From positions 88,786,001-88,850,000 of the forward strand of contig NC_087437.1 in assembly GCF_036321535.1 (NCBI RefSeq): DNA of 64,000 bases, in the 5' to 3' direction. Position numbers and translations under genes: made by a program. Source of the stretch: Camelus dromedarius. Lineage: Eukaryota. Below the pieces are notes generated by a model. The model ran no database searches. It had not been told where the DNA came from and saw nothing but the letters and a program-made list of their open reading frames with translations. The first letter of the stretch is position 1; every line of letters begins with the position of its first letter. Below are positions 1 to 14,234 of the stretch, in pieces.

Positions 1-411
1 CCGCTGTAGCACATTACTACAAACCTAAAGGCTTAGAACGACATAAATTTATTATCTTCCAGTCCTTGAGGTCAGAAGTAGACATGGATCTTGGGAGACC
101 TCTGGAGGTCAGTATCCCAAAAGGTCTAAAATCAAGTGTTCTGTACCTTCTGAAGACTCTAGGAAAGAATCTCTTTTTCATCTTTTCCCACTTCTAGAAA
201 TGACCCACCTTCCTTGGCTTGGAACCCTGTTCTTCATCTTTGAAGTCAGCCTGTAGCATCTTCAAATCTCTTTCAAACTCTGCTGCCATGGTCGCATCTC
301 CACCTCTTATGGTTATCATATCCTGTTAGCCACATAGGCAACACATTCACAAGTTTCGGGGATTAGAATATGGACATCTTTGGGGAGACACTATTTTTTC
401 TGCCATACCAT
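1..411 (-). mobile_element. MaLR LTR (MLT1-type), truncated by window start
   Basis: GCTGTAGCACATTACTACAAACC..GGCTTAGAAC..AAATTTATT and GGGATTAGAATATGGACATCTTTGGGG resemble the antisense MLT1 consensus. Confidence 0.75.
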
Positions 412-1793
412 CTTTGATATTTCTTAGCTAATGAGGACAGCTTCTTCCTGGGAGACCACAATATCAGCCTTCTACTTTTATGTAATTATTTCACATAAAA
501 ATTATATCCCCTTCCCCCATACATACACAAGTGCATGCATGCACACAATGCACACACACACACACACACTTGCCCACTCATACCACGTAACTTTCCAATC
601 TGTAGAAAGAAAGTTACGTTAAATACACCAAACAATGTATGGATGAGACTGGGTACACCATGGAGGGCGAAACCTTCACTCTTCCCTAGACACCCAAGGA
701 GCACCAGAAACTTCATTCAACAACCAGCATGGAGAATCCACTTCAATTTTTTATCTGAGTGCATTTATCGTACCAGCGCCCTGGCTGATGCTCTGGGTTA
801 TGTATTTATCGTGCACTGCTCTTTTTTTCCAAAAAAGTTAAAGTGCTAAATCCCATTGAAGCTGGGTCATAATTATAATTTTCAATCCTTTTGATGCTAA
901 TATAATCTCACCAAACATGTAGGAAGATACCAGTTAAGTAATGGTTCACAGTTGCCTGTGTTTCATTCTAGAATCCCTACACTTTAGTCAAAGGTATAAA
1001 GATATGTCAAGAATGGCCTCATAATCTTTTTGGGTGGCATAAAGTTGACAGTCTCTAGCGGGAGAATTGTTGACAAGAGATCAAAGTCGTGGCGTCCTTG
1101 GCCTTTTATAAAAGACTAAGCACTTAGCTGCCATTTGCTTTAATAAACGCCTCATAGTATTCCCACATTCCCAGATGACCCACAACATAGAATCACACAT
1201 TTAAATAAAGTGAATAAATCTCAGACATTTTAGTGAGCTTAACTTTTGCCTCTGTTTTTGGACTGTTTACAGAAGATTCACATGCTAAATATTTTTTTTT
1301 TTTTTTCTTTCTAACATGAGGAGGATGAATCTACCTTTGACTCATTGTTCTGGTTGGGGCCAGTCCTGGGCTATGGTGTCTTTGAATGGCCTTTAGTCCT
1401 GAACTCTCTATTTGTCACTCCATAGTATTTTCATTCTTCCCATGTACATATAACCTGAAGTCTCCAGCAACAAGTAGAAACAGTCACTTTCTTCCTTTTT
1501 TGTTCTTTGTGCTGTTAAAATAAAAAAAGGGAGTTTTTGCAAATGAGCTGTATCCTGTTCACAGCTATTAAACTGGCAAATGGGTACAATTCCACATTAT
1601 TTTTTAACTCTTCTTCCTAGAGTCTAATCATCTGTTTTGATATACTTAGAAAATTATTGTTTTTTATGGATTGACAATTCTTGTACATATTCATTTGCTA
1701 AATACTTGGAAAAACAAATTATCAGATTTGAAACTTGTATATTGCTGCGGTACAGCGAGTTTTCCACATTCTTGAGAAAAACCAAGTTGTCCA

Positions 1794-1915
1794 GGGGAGG
1801 GTACAGCTCAGTCATAAAGTGTGTGCTTGGCATGTGCAAGGTCCTGGGTTCAATCTCCTGTACCCTCATTTAAAAAATAATAAATAAATAAATCTAATTA
1901 CCTACGCCCCACAAA
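1794..1915 (+). mobile_element. tRNA-derived SINE, camelid Vic-1-like
   Basis: GGGGAGGGTACAGCTCAG (A box)..GGTCCTGGGTTCAATCTCC (B box), then (TAAA)n and CTAATTACCT tail. Confidence 0.85.
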
Positions 1916-4346
1916 AAACCCCACAAAGAAACAGAATTTGTGAATTACAAATAAATAAAATAGAATTCTTAAAATAAAAATCAGGTACAGCATATTCACT
2001 AAAAGAAGACCGACTTCATAAACATTCTTTTGATATGAAACATTTGAAAAATAGGCAATGAGTCTTTTCTCTTTCTACTCAAACTGCCTAGATTTAAACG
2101 TATACCCTAAATCCAGCTTAAAAAATATTTTAATTTACTTTCCTTGAAGAAGAAGAATGTACTGGGCACTGGACTGATTGTTTGTTGTCTGGATTTAGAG
2201 AATAAGGCAGGTGACTATTAAGATTGGCAGAAATGACTCTCTTAAGTTCTCACGCTTCTTCCAGGAGGTAACAAAATCTAATCCGAGAAATACAGCACAT
2301 TCATTTTAGCTGAAAGGGTGGCCTAGGGGTCCCTGGCCTTTTATAAACTTCTCATCCTACTTGCCCAGACTCAGATGTGTGAATGGGAAGGATTGTGAGT
2401 GCTGCAAATTAGTGCACATGTGGCCAGACTCTCACTAAGTGCTCGCTGACTGTGTGTAAGACCTGACCCTGAGAACGAGGTCTGGGAAAGGATTGGTTGG
2501 AGGTGGGGTTGGGTGGTTAGGGAGGAAACACAGGGAACTGATGGAAAGTATGTGGCTTAGAGCAGAAGAAAACTTCAGGCTGATTCTGGATTTATATTCT
2601 AAGTGGGAGGAAAAGCAAGAGAGAGTTGCGATATATTTCTTTTTTTTTCTTAGAAGAGGAATTTCTCATTGCAAAACTGGACTAAATTTGGCACTAAAAG
2701 CAAAGAACTGGGCTTGATCAAGAAAACCAACTTTAACAAACCTGAAACCTGTGGCGATCAAACCTAGAGTAAAATTCTTCCCTTACTTTGTACAATGCTG
2801 CATGTAAATGAGTTCTCTGGAAGTACAGCTCCAAGGTTCTCAGAGCCATGTTGATGCCTATCCATTTGAGAATAAGCACCTGGCCTTGCAAAATTCCAGG
2901 CATTAAAGTCTATACCATTAAAACAGGAAAGTTGAAATCGATTGGGTCTAAAGTTGTTCACAGACTGTTGGGAAACTGAATACATATGAATTAATCCAGA
3001 AATCCTATTTAACCAGTGGTTTATCAGAGAATATATTCTTTCAGTCATTCACCCCACAAAGTATTCATTAGTAACTATTATGCGTTGGACATATTAGCAG
3101 GCAGTGGAGAAATACTGATAAGCCCAAAACAAAGAGCTCCTCTCATTTATAAAAATCAAAAGGTGGCATTAACATGGTTGGGAAGGACCCCTGACTAGAG
3201 AATTTTAGCGAACATGTGGTGTGTGACATCCCTCCTCCTGATTCGGTAGCCAGACTCCAGAAACTGTCCCCACCATGATCTTCTTTACTGCTTTTGGGCC
3301 AGTTAACCAAGAACAATGAAGTTTGCAATAATTTAGAAGTATGGATCTGTAAAAACAATTCACACATTTTTCCCTAAAGAAATCCTGGACTGCAGTAAAC
3401 TGAAATCTTTTATTCTTCTTACCTGCATTTCTCCAGTATGTTGCTGTGGATTTTTGCTAGTTTATTTACAGGAAAAAAAAAAAGTATTTCTTCACATGAC
3501 TTGTAAAAGTCTTTTTATAGGACTAGTTTCAATGTAGCTGTTGCACTCCAGCTGGAACTTAGCTCTATTTTCAGAGGAAATAAAAGTTTGCTATGTTCAG
3601 TAGCAAAACAGACACCTTAGGTACTGCCACCCTGGCAGGTTCTCCCAGAATAGCATCAAATGATAAAATAATAGCACATAAGTGGGGTGTATTTGAGGAG
3701 ACAGGTGTGGAGACACCAAAAGCATATGCTGTCTGGTTCCTTAACCTCTCCTTCACAATGTGTGAACATAGTTTTACTCATCATTTTGGGTTTAGGAGGG
3801 AGTTTGCTAGAGCCTCAAGTTTCTGGGTTTGTCTGGTATCCCAAAGAGTGGCCTTTGCTCTGCTATCCTCATTTAGCACAAACCAGGAGGGACTGCAAAG
3901 CATTGCTCATTACTTTTTTGGCTTATCATGGAACATCCTAGGGAACAGCAACAGTCCTGAGCCAAGAAGCCTGGCGGACAGGAAGGGTCAGCTCAGGAGG
4001 GGTGTGGTACCCAGCATTTCAGTCTTTATAGACCATGAGCGAGATGGCCAACAACGCGAGGTGAAGAACAAGTGTGGCGACATGCTGATGCTTTTTCCGT
4101 AGCGTGATCTTGTCACACTCTCCCCAGGTCTCCAGAAAGATGCTTTTAAGAGGAGAGAGAGAGTGAGAGGCCGTCTATGTTTTCATGTGGTGAGATCTGG
4201 GGGAAGTATTTGGGAAGCATTTAGTAAAATATAAAGAGTGTGACCGAAGGCAAGAAATCTGCTGTGTGTCTTTATACATTTTAAGCAAAATGAATTCTGA
4301 TTATCAGTCCTTATAATTTCATTAAAATGTATTGAATGAATGTATC

Positions 4347-4458
4347 CTTCGTTTCAATTTCTTTCTCCCCCTTCATGGAGGCAGTGGGGATTGAACCCTG
4401 GACCTTGTGCATGCATGCCAACCATGTGCTCTAGCATTGAGCTATACCCCCCAGTCCC
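4347..4458 (-). mobile_element. tRNA-derived SINE (Vic-1-related) with 14-bp TSD
   Basis: Reverse-strand GGGGTATAGCTCAATG..GGGTTCAATCCCC; flanked by TGAATGAATGTATC at 4333-4346 and 4459-4472. Confidence 0.85.
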
Positions 4459-7400
4459 TGAATGAATGTATCTTAAGTGAATTAAATCCTGAAAGTAAAG
4501 ATGGTAACAATCTCTGTGGACTGACCTAGAATACAGAGAAGAATGAACGGTTTTCACTGGAGTTGTAGAAGAATTTTCTTCATAGTAGTCTAGAATTTGG
4601 GGCCACAGCAGTGTGATTTATCAAAATTATAAAAACTGATCAAAACCTTTTCTTTAAAGAGTCAAATCACAAAATCTTAGGTGAGTTTAAGGGTAAAAGT
4701 AGATAGTGTATTATGAAATAGAAATGATAGTAATAATGATAACTATCATTCATAGAACTTACTCAATGCATTTTATACTGTGTAAAGTTGTTTATTCAAT
4801 CATTAATCCATTTATTCCTTCAATGTTTATTCTATCATTGACTCAATAAACATTAGACAAGTCTCCTCCGTGTAAGGCAGGGTGGAGCTACAGAATGAAC
4901 AAACAGGAAAATGTCTTTATGGAACTCGTGGTTCTGGAATTAAATGTCACATCCCACTTATATCTTGTAACAAATGTGTGAGGCAGATAACTGTCAATAC
5001 CCACATTTGTAAACATGGAACCAGAGGCTTCGAGAAAGTAAGGATACTCCAAGGATACTCAGCTTGTTGGCTAACCACCAAGAATCTGAACTTAGTTTGT
5101 CAAATCACAAGTCTGTTCTTATGGTCTTAGTGCCCCTTTAATCTAAGTATGTGAACAACTAGTGTGATTTGGATTTCAGATGAAAGCAGGATTGATTTAT
5201 TCCTAGTTAGCATGAAGAAAAGTGAAGATCTAAGTCTGAGTGTTTTGGAAAAATACTGATAGTCAAGAACTAATGGTAATTTCATTCTCTGGCTATGCAG
5301 AGTCTAGTCAGAAAAAGCAAAAGTTTTACAACTAATGGCAAGTGAGGATGTGACTTATTGATAAAGCCCTGAAGAATTTTCCTCTAGGAAAATGTATTTT
5401 CTCAAATATAATAAACTAAATTACAAGTTAATTTGATATGAAAATTTTTCTAAATAAAATTGAAAAAATATCAGTCATCTTTTGATGGTTCAGTCTCTTC
5501 AGTGATTGGTGTCTAAAACTAGAAACATATGTATGCCTGAATTTTTTAAATATTTATTTGGATTATTTTAACACTGGTCTAACTTTCTGATAATAGCTTT
5601 AAAGTTGGAGAAAATGTATTTAAAATTTTCTCTAATATTAAAAAAATTACCATATAACTCATGAAATTGTGAAAATGTATCATAGCAGAAAAGGGAAAAA
5701 TTAGCCATATTTCATGGAAAGAGGAATGACTTGGAAAATAATATATACAAACACTGCATTTTTAGTAAAATTGAGTCCATGTGCAACACTGTTTTCCAAA
5801 ATATAGAAACTAAACCATCTTTTCTGAATACAAATTAAATGCAGAAGAGGAAAATAGTTCCCATTCTACCCCCATTTCTCTTTATGGTTTGTATAAAACT
5901 AATTTTGAAGTCTTTTTATTTTATTGTAATTGCTTACCAACATTAAATAGAAGCACATTTTAATGCCTCAAGTGTTGGCGATAGTTTTAAAATAACCCTT
6001 ATATAGTACATAGTAATGTAAAAGATTTTTTTGAAACCAGAAATTTTATGGCCTGACATTAGACTTGTAATCGAAGTTTGTATATTCTCTTGAATGAGCA
6101 AGAATAGAAGGGGTTGAATGCAGTCAGGGAAGAGTGCTATGCTGTGGTAATAACTCCCAAATCTGAGAAACAGCAAAGGTTTTTCACTCATGCTCTTTGT
6201 CCAACACAGGCCATCATGGTGCACAGCTCTATTTCAACCTCAGCTTCCAGAGTTACAAGGGAGGAGGGAGAAGAGAGCATTGGGCATTGCAGTGTCTTAC
6301 ATTGACAAGGAGCACATGTCATTTCCACTGAAGTCACTTGGCCAGGTCATACTTCAGCCTTCTATGGCCTGCTACGTGGAGGAGGAGAATACATATAAAC
6401 AGCCCTCAAGACCGTAACAACTACCATAGACAGAATCTTGGAGATCATCCAGTTTATACCCATTTTACTGATGTGGAATCTTACTCCTAGCAGAAGGAAG
6501 AAGTTTGCTCAAAATCATAACCTAAATAATTAAAACAGGGGTTATAGCCAAGAGTTTCTTTTATTCCTTCTAAAGATATGTACTGAATAGGTTCTGTGTG
6601 ACAGCTCTGGGCTAGGATCTTGGAATTAAAAGAGAATAAGGATGAGTTATTGAAATAAATTCACAGAAGAGGTGACTTCAAAATAACATCTTAGAGTAAA
6701 AGTCCAGATTAAAAAAAAAAAAAACAGGAGAAGAAAACACCTTTTCAGTGGACAGAGAGAATCAGAAGAGAGGCGTGACATAGCAGCGTGCTTGCATTGA
6801 GCCACAAACAGGTTAGCATGTGGACGGGTTGGTCATAAGGTACCAGTGAGGGTCCAGTCCACCAGAAAATAAGAAAGAACCTGATACGAGGGAAACAGTG
6901 AGGACTTTGATGGTATTCAGTGATCTACTAGTGGGAAGAAGGGTCTTCTCTCTTCCAACATTATTTCAAAATTCCATTTTACTACGAAATATGAATTCAT
7001 TATTCAGTTCTTCCCAAGAGAGAAGGCTATTTCAGGGGCTGTATTCAGAGGTCATTTGCATGCGTTTGAGACAAGAGAGGTGGGGCTGAATTAGCACCTT
7101 CCATGACTAGATTTTCTGGTTTCACAGCCTGAGAGAACTAATAAGTGATTCAGAAAGTCAACAAGGATAGGTCCCAGATTCCCAGTCCCCAGACAGGATT
7201 CAACAGAGTGGGAATGGGCACCCCTGAGATTATCTTGTGGGCTTTGCAGACTCTGTTGTATCTCAGAGCCGGAGAGCCGGGTATGCCCTTCCCATGTTCT
7301 AAGGACATTTCTCTCCCAAAAATGGCAGTCCACGCTTGATGGCAAAAGGGGAATCAGCAGGCTTTACTTTCCTCAGCAGGACCTGAGGTCTGCTGGATTA

Positions 7401-8289
7401 AAAAAGATTTAGCAGCACAGGAAAAGGAGACTCTCCTCATTCCCCCTTGTATCCGCCCCCTACCCCGTGCCTGGGAATATGTCGCTGATTTTCTTGACAA
7501 ACAGGGGAAATCATTACACAGAAACATGTTAAAGTCAGAGAAGCAAGAAAATTGTTTCAAAGATGGCATCAGTGAATCTGACTCTATTCAGATCAATATT
7601 TTGCTCATGTCTTTGTTTTTGGCAGAACTGCAACTTTCCTTATGGTAGACAGTTTTATGCCTTTGATGATAAGCTACCAATAAGCATGGCTGAAAATTTT
7701 TAAAACAAAACCGAACCACAAATAAACCTTTCTGCAGCAGCCAAAGCACCCTGGACTACAACAAACTTCAACTCTGACCGCATGCACAGCGTGTTGCTTA
7801 GAAACCCAAGGCAGAGAGTTTGCCCGGCAACTTTAGATCCCATCAGCTGCCCCTGGGAAGAAATTGACATAGTGACCACAGCATTAAAGAAATACAGAAA
7901 TGCAAGTCATCTGTAAAGGATAAGAAAAGGAACATAAGTGGGTCTAAACATTTTAGCTTTTGTTTGATGTTTAAGAAGCTATATAAAATCTAAAGCCCTG
8001 ATTTTCACTGTGTGGGTCTAAGATAAAAATTCATATGCTGCTTATGAGGGTTATACCCCATGTGCTGCGGCTTCCTGCCCCTCTGATCAAAAACTGTTCA
8101 CCCATGATGTTAACTTTTAGTAGTCAAGTTGGTGTTTTTGTTCGTTTAAGGTGTAATCTCACCGTCCTATATGTATTAAACTTCACTGTGATTTCACATT
8201 AGGAATACCTACCACACGTGTAATGATTCCAGATTATGGACTGGGTAGAGTGAGATCATCTCTTAGCCAGATTACTGCTGTGTTGTTTG

Positions 8290-8725
8290 TCTGTTTCACC
8301 GTGGTCTGATCAAGCCTCAGATCATAGTTCACATTAATAGCGGAGAAAACTTTCTAAAATGTAAATCGGATCTTGTCACTCTGCTACTTAAGTATTGCTA
8401 ATGGCTCACCACTAACCTCACAGTACAATGTAAACTCTTGAGTATGGTATACAAAATGCCGCTGCTGCTTTCCGATGATCCGCTCTATTTCCTTTGTCCT
8501 CTGAACATGCAAAGCCCTTTCAAACCCGGGTGAGTTTGTCCCAGCTTCTCCATAGCCCTGATATGTTCATTCCTCGCGTCACATTTACACTTAAAAACCT
8601 AGCAAAAATATTCTTTGGGGAAAAGCTTCCTGATTTCCCCTAGAGGGGGATAAATACTCTACTACAAACCCAAAGTTCTAGATCTGGCCCAAAGGAAGAG
8701 CTTAATAAATGTTGCCAACTTATGA
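8290..8725 (+). mobile_element. L2 LINE 3' fragment
   Basis: TTTCTAAAATGTAAATCGGATCTTGTCACTCTGCTACTTAA and terminal CTTAATAAATGTTG are typical of L2; boundaries approximate. Confidence 0.6.
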
Positions 8726-10629
8726 ATTAGAGTCCCTTTCCATTACATATGTGACTTTCTGATGTAAGTAATCTTCTAGTCATAATTGCAATTTCATTAT
8801 ATGTGAGTTACAGTCCCAAAGTAGTGGTAGTCAAAGAAATTTAACAGTGTATTGCTATATAAAATCATGTTTGTTAATTTAAGTTTTGGAGCCATGATCC
8901 ACCTAAAGAATTTATGTCCTATCCCCAAACTGATGAAAACAGCAGACTTCAGAATACAAATTTTTTCCTTCAAGGATCGTTCTAGTTTAATCTGGGTACA
9001 ACAGAGAGAACCCAGTTTTCTGTAACTATATATATGATAGGTTAATTTAAAAAACACACACAAGGAAACCATTTTTAGTTAATCATATGGTCTGTTATTC
9101 TTTTTATTTTTATTTTATTTTATTCTAGGTCTTCATATTTTTCTGATTCACCCCTACTCCCCATCTAGTCCTGTAGACATTCTTATTGAACCAATTTCTT
9201 CCCAGAGTTGTGCATAAGACAATATTAGTTATTGACATGTGTCTTCCTTAGAATGCAAACTATGTGAAAATAGGAACCTGGATATGGTATCTCACTCAAC
9301 ACTCTATCCTTACTACTTTGCTCAAAGTTTGCCATGTACGAGTCTCTTAACAAATATTTATTAAAGGAACAAACTTGAATATTGAATGCTTAATACCCAT
9401 ATTAATTTTTCAATTTTTTTCAAATATTCACCACAGAATTTCTGCACAGGAGATTTGTGGAACTTATTTTGATAAAAATATATAACTAAACAGAAACCAG
9501 TGCTACCTTCCCAAGCTCTATTTTTAATTTTCCTACAAAAGGAAATATTGAATATTTATTATTTATTAAGAACAACATTTATAGTAAAGACTGGACCAAC
9601 AGATATATTTTTGCAATCACCACTGCAAAAGATTTTCAAGTTTATTTTATGGCAAAATATCTGCTACTCCAAGTATTGACAGAGTTTTTAAGATGCAGAT
9701 GCATGAAACTACCTAATGAGTATGCAAATATAGACCTTTACAAGTCTCCTTTGTGTAAGGATACATGGATATCTAGCAAAAAATAAAATAAAATAAAATA
9801 AACAAAACAAAAGAAACAAACAAAAAACCCAACAACACGCATAACCCCAACACCGCTAGGAAGGGAAGATTAATTTTTTGTGTCCTAAGAGAATGGTTTG
9901 TTATAGACAATGAGGTCTGAAGACAGAAGAAGAGCAAGAAAAGAGAAAGACAGAAAAACAGAGAGAAGACTGAGAGAGACTGTTTTGATATGAATAATTA
10001 TCTAACAGACCAATGGGATTTCTCTCAAGATATTGATGACTGGGCAATATTTCCATCAGGTTGAAAAAAAAAAAAAAAAGTCAGGGTGGTGAAGTGACAT
10101 TTAACATGGAAGAAAGGGCATTAGTATATTTCTCACTGAAGAGCACTGAGGTTGTAACACACTTTGTAAAACCCAAAGATAATGCTTTTAACAAAATAAG
10201 AAATATTTGCTCCAATTCTCTTTTCTAAATCAGGAAATGATTTTATTCTGGATGAGCACTCCTTTGATAATTTATGCAAATTAATACATTTATTTTCTTT
10301 TTGGAGGCTGTGCTCAAATGCAAATCCAGTCTATTGGTTAAAGAGTAGTGACATGTGGGGAATGGGTATAAGCAAGCAAAATCAGCAATATATGCTGCTC
10401 TGTTGTTTTTCACTAATATTATCAAATTTAATAGCTTTTCTGTGATACATTTTGAAATCTAAAGAAATACCTACATTAGAGGCAGCTCATTAATAGGAAA
10501 GTTGAGAGGAGAGGTTCAAGTGTATAGGTTAGCAGGAAAGTGAAAACTGGGATTTTTTTTTTCTTTTCTTATTTACAGAGGCAAGCTATTCACAGTTTCC
10601 TGACATGAAATGATGATGATGATGATGGT

Positions 10630-10862
10630 GGTTGGTTAACATTCTGACTGCTTACTGTCTGCCTATGATTCTCATGCATTATCCATTCAACATTCACTGC
10701 AGCCTAAGAAGTCAGTGATAATATACTTGTGATTATGGAGTGAATACATTGATGGGGAGAATTGTTAAATACTCAGCCCTTGGCCACAGCTAATAAGCAG
10801 ACCTGGGATTTGAATTTAGGTCTGACTGATTCAAGAGTGCGCACTGTTGACTCTGTGCTATG
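10630..10862 (-). mobile_element. MIR SINE
   Basis: CACAGCTAATAAG..CTGGGATTTGAATTTAGGTCTGACTGATTCAAGAG matches the antisense MIR head. Confidence 0.7.
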
Positions 10863-12204
10863 GCCGCCACGTCAGATTAGGAGGGCGTTTTATCCCTGGG
10901 TGTGCTGAGTGACAAGATCTCGGGGGACTGGTGTGAAAAGGGTGAGAAAGCATGAGGGAGCTACGATAAATGAGCCAGGGAGAGAACGTGTATGAGTTCA
11001 GCGTGGGCTATAGCCATTTTCAATCTACGTCTGAAATTCACTACTTGGTGAAAGTTATCTAATGATGAAAGTTTTATTTTTTTAATGGAAGAGTAAATTA
11101 ACTTCATTGACTGATGAAAAATCAAAGTGATAAGAAGTATGAATAGTAAATAATAATCATTGAATTCTGCTGGAATTCTAGTCTTCTTTTTTTCCCTTTA
11201 AGCCAAAAGAATGTAAAATTATAGACTGTTAGTGAGCGAATCATTTTAAGTTTCTTCAACAAAAACTGTATAGTTTAGCAGTTGCACAGCATTAAATATA
11301 TACATTTTTGCAAAACCCTGAAAGTTTTCATTTTTGTGTTGACCTCAAAGGCTATTGGAATCACCTACACTGGTCAGATTCAGAAATTTACTTTGCATGA
11401 AACCCAAGGAGTCTTCTTTTCCTGCAAAGAAGACTGTAAAGGAATGATAGAATCCACCACACCTTGAAGCCCCAACATGCTTGACACACGATATACCTTA
11501 AAAGTTCTTCCTTCTCATCTTTGAAGCTGCTATTTAAACTCTGCACAAAAATCACTTAACCCATCACTGCACCCAAGCTACCTTTTAGATAGAACTCAGA
11601 AATTACTTTAAGTCACCTAACAGTTCAGTATAAAGAGAGGGGATTAATACTTACAAAAGAGATTCAAAAGTAATACCACACCAAAAAAATGGACCTGTTC
11701 ACATTGTATTCACATGATTAAGATGGAAAGCCCTGGGTAGTTTCTTAATATTTAAAGTTCCTACTGAAATAAAATGATGAATTTAGTGCAAATCTCTATA
11801 CATTCTTAAAGAAAACTTGATCTTAGAGATATTTTTGTCACCAGGGGAGGTATCCATTACATTGATTTAAGGACATGAAAACTATATTGAGATTCTTCTC
11901 TATGTCATCAAAAGTTCTAAAACAGTTAACTCATGAGTAATAATAGACCCAAGGTTATAACTTAAACAGATGGTGATACTGTAGCATATTTATGTAAATT
12001 CACAATCCATATAGTGGCTAAAACATCTGAAATTTCTGAGGGGGTGTCAGAAATTCATTTGCTGTTTCACAAATCCAATGTTAGGTTTTACACTGGGATC
12101 TCTGGATTGCCATAGTTACAAAATATTCAGAGCACTCAATGAAAAAGTCTCTGTGTTGTCTCTATAGTTGCCTGGTATATGTTCAATAGCTTAGATAGTG
12201 ATAT

Positions 12205-12400
12205 ATTATGGTGGTTAGAAGTGCAGACTCTGAATTCTCATATATCTTAAAAGGTATATAAGACTTACCATTTGTTAGTCATGTGACTCTGAACAAGTTC
12301 TTTATTCCGAGCCTTAGTTTCTCCATATGTTCAAAGTGAATGCTTACAGGACCTACTCCTTTGATTGTAAGGATGAAATAAAAACAGCACTCAATGGAGA
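12205..12400 (+). mobile_element. MIR SINE (its 3' end resumes after the MER53-like insertion, about 12591-12630)
   Basis: GTGGTTAGAAGTGCAGACTCTG..TGTGACTCTGAACAAGTT..GAGCCTTAGTTTCTCCAT core. Confidence 0.7.
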
Positions 12401-12432
12401 GCAGCCAGTATCATTTCAAGGAGTATCTAAGT

Positions 12433-12590
12433 TAGCATTGCCAGACTAAGCAAAGAAAAATGAGGGATTCCTAGCTAAACTTGATTTTCAAATAAACCAC
12501 AGATAAATTTTTAGTATAATTCTGCCCTATTTAATATTGAAAACATATACTAACATTTATTTATGGTTGAAATTTTATCTGGCAACTCTA
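12433..12590. mobile_element. MER53-like palindromic non-autonomous DNA transposon
   Basis: Terminal inverted repeats TAGCATTGCCAGA / TCTGGCAACTCTA; interior resembles recalled MER53 consensus. Confidence 0.75.
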
Positions 12591-13034
12591 ATCATAGTGC
12601 TGATAATAGTAGGCATTCAATGGTTTTATTTAAACAGTTTCGTTTGGGTATGTAAATGAAACTATGGACTGAAATTTTTTGAAGTGGCTGAATATGGATG
12701 CATTTAAATATGTTAATTTTGCTACATAGACTAACCTTCAATCTATGAGTGTTCTTATTCAAGAATAACTAGAAATCATTTATTCAGCATATAGTATGGA
12801 ACCTACTAGATGCCTGTATTTGTTGGTATAGTGGTGGGATTTGCAAATAAGAAGAAATACCAGTACAGAGTAAGAGAGATCTAAATTACAAATCAATACA
12901 GGACGACAAGTCAGTATGGGTGCACATACAGGGATAAGGGTCCATGTATCATGGCTACAGGTCTTTGAGAAACATCCAGCAAATAATGTGCCAGATATTA
13001 TGGTTCCATGGGTGGGATGGATCTGCAACACTGA

Positions 13035-13520
13035 AGCCCAAACAGGTAGCTGATGCAATAATCACATAGATAAATGTAAAATTACAACTGTGGTAAGTAC
13101 ACTGAAGGAGGGGTAGATATATGGTGCTACAAAAGCTTATATTAAGAAGTTTAGACATGCTTAGAGAAATCAGGGAAGGCTTCTCTGAGGAAGCAATAAT
13201 AGGATTGAGCTGAAGGATAAGAAAGAGTTAAGTAGGAAAGGAGAGATAAAAGAATAATATTTTAGGCAGAGAAAATAGCAAACACAAAGATCCCACAGTG
13301 GGAGGGAGCATGATGTTCAAGTAAACAAAAAGAGGACCACTATGGCCCAGAATGCTAAGAGAGGTAAGGGAAGAGGCTGAAAAGGTAGATAGAGGCCAAC
13401 CCATGGGACCTCAAGATGTTAGTGCTTATCCTAAGTCTCAGTGAAATAATTTAAGTAGACAGAAGGGACGGTGGATATGTGATTTTAAAAGTCATTCGGA
13501 CTGCTTTGTGGAGAATGGCT
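13035..13520 (-). mobile_element. L2 LINE fragment
   Basis: TCAGGGAAGGCTTCTCTGAGGAAG..GAGCTGAAGGAT..AGGCAGAGAAAATAGCAAACACAAAG typical of antisense L2. Confidence 0.75.
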
Positions 13521-14234
13521 TGGAGGAACCAATGGGAACTCTGAAATCAGTAGAATGTTCTTCCTAAAATAATAGCAATTAAGGTAAGTCTTGGAGGATT
13601 TAAAATGAAGGGGGGAAAACAGGGTGCAAAGGAGAAAGAAATATCTGCTTCAAATTCTGAGTCAAGGAGTGTACCCATGTGATAGGAAGAGAGTGTTCAT
13701 TCAGTGGAGTATGGAAGATGTCTGTCATGGTGGGATTGGCAGAGGAGGGAAGTCAAGAGCCAATTAAAAATAATAATTAAAAATTTTAAAAATAAAAAAT
13801 AAAAGTTAAAGAGCCAACAGAAAGTACCTTGTAAACTGAAGTGAGTTGGTCAGAATAACCCTGTAAGTAATGAGTACTTACTGAAAGTTTTTAGCAGAAA
13901 GATAAGGAGAGTATTGTGGTTTTTAAAAGTTCATACAGCATCAAGAATACATAATTTAAGCTAGCAGATTATAGATTCAAAACTATGAGACTAGTTAAAC
14001 ATCTACTATAGTACAATTAGTGTAAAGAAGTGAAAGTGTGATTTAAAGCTTTAGTTTTGGAGAGAACGGCAACAGGAAGATGACCCCAATGCAAATAAAA
14101 ATGGAGAACAAAGAAGATGGGGATGAAAGGCAGTCACATATCAAGCTCAAGGGAGTAAGAAAGAAGTCCAAGGAAGTGAATTTCAAATGTAACGTGAAGT
14201 TAAGTAGGGTAGAAAGACGCCATTTCCAAGGTTT

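Noticed and set aside
1794..1866. tRNA-Ala-like gene (also at 4347 and 40194)
   Set aside because: A-rich tails, TSDs and mismatched stems indicate SINEs
1099..2347. 14-bp direct repeat TGGCCTTTTATAAA at 1099-1112 and 2334-2347
   Set aside because: AT-rich, 1.2 kb apart, no element-like sequence or poly(A) bounded by it; compatible with chance
3593..4102. 169-aa + strand ORF
   Set aside because: No recognisable protein similarity or exon structure; consistent with a chance ORF
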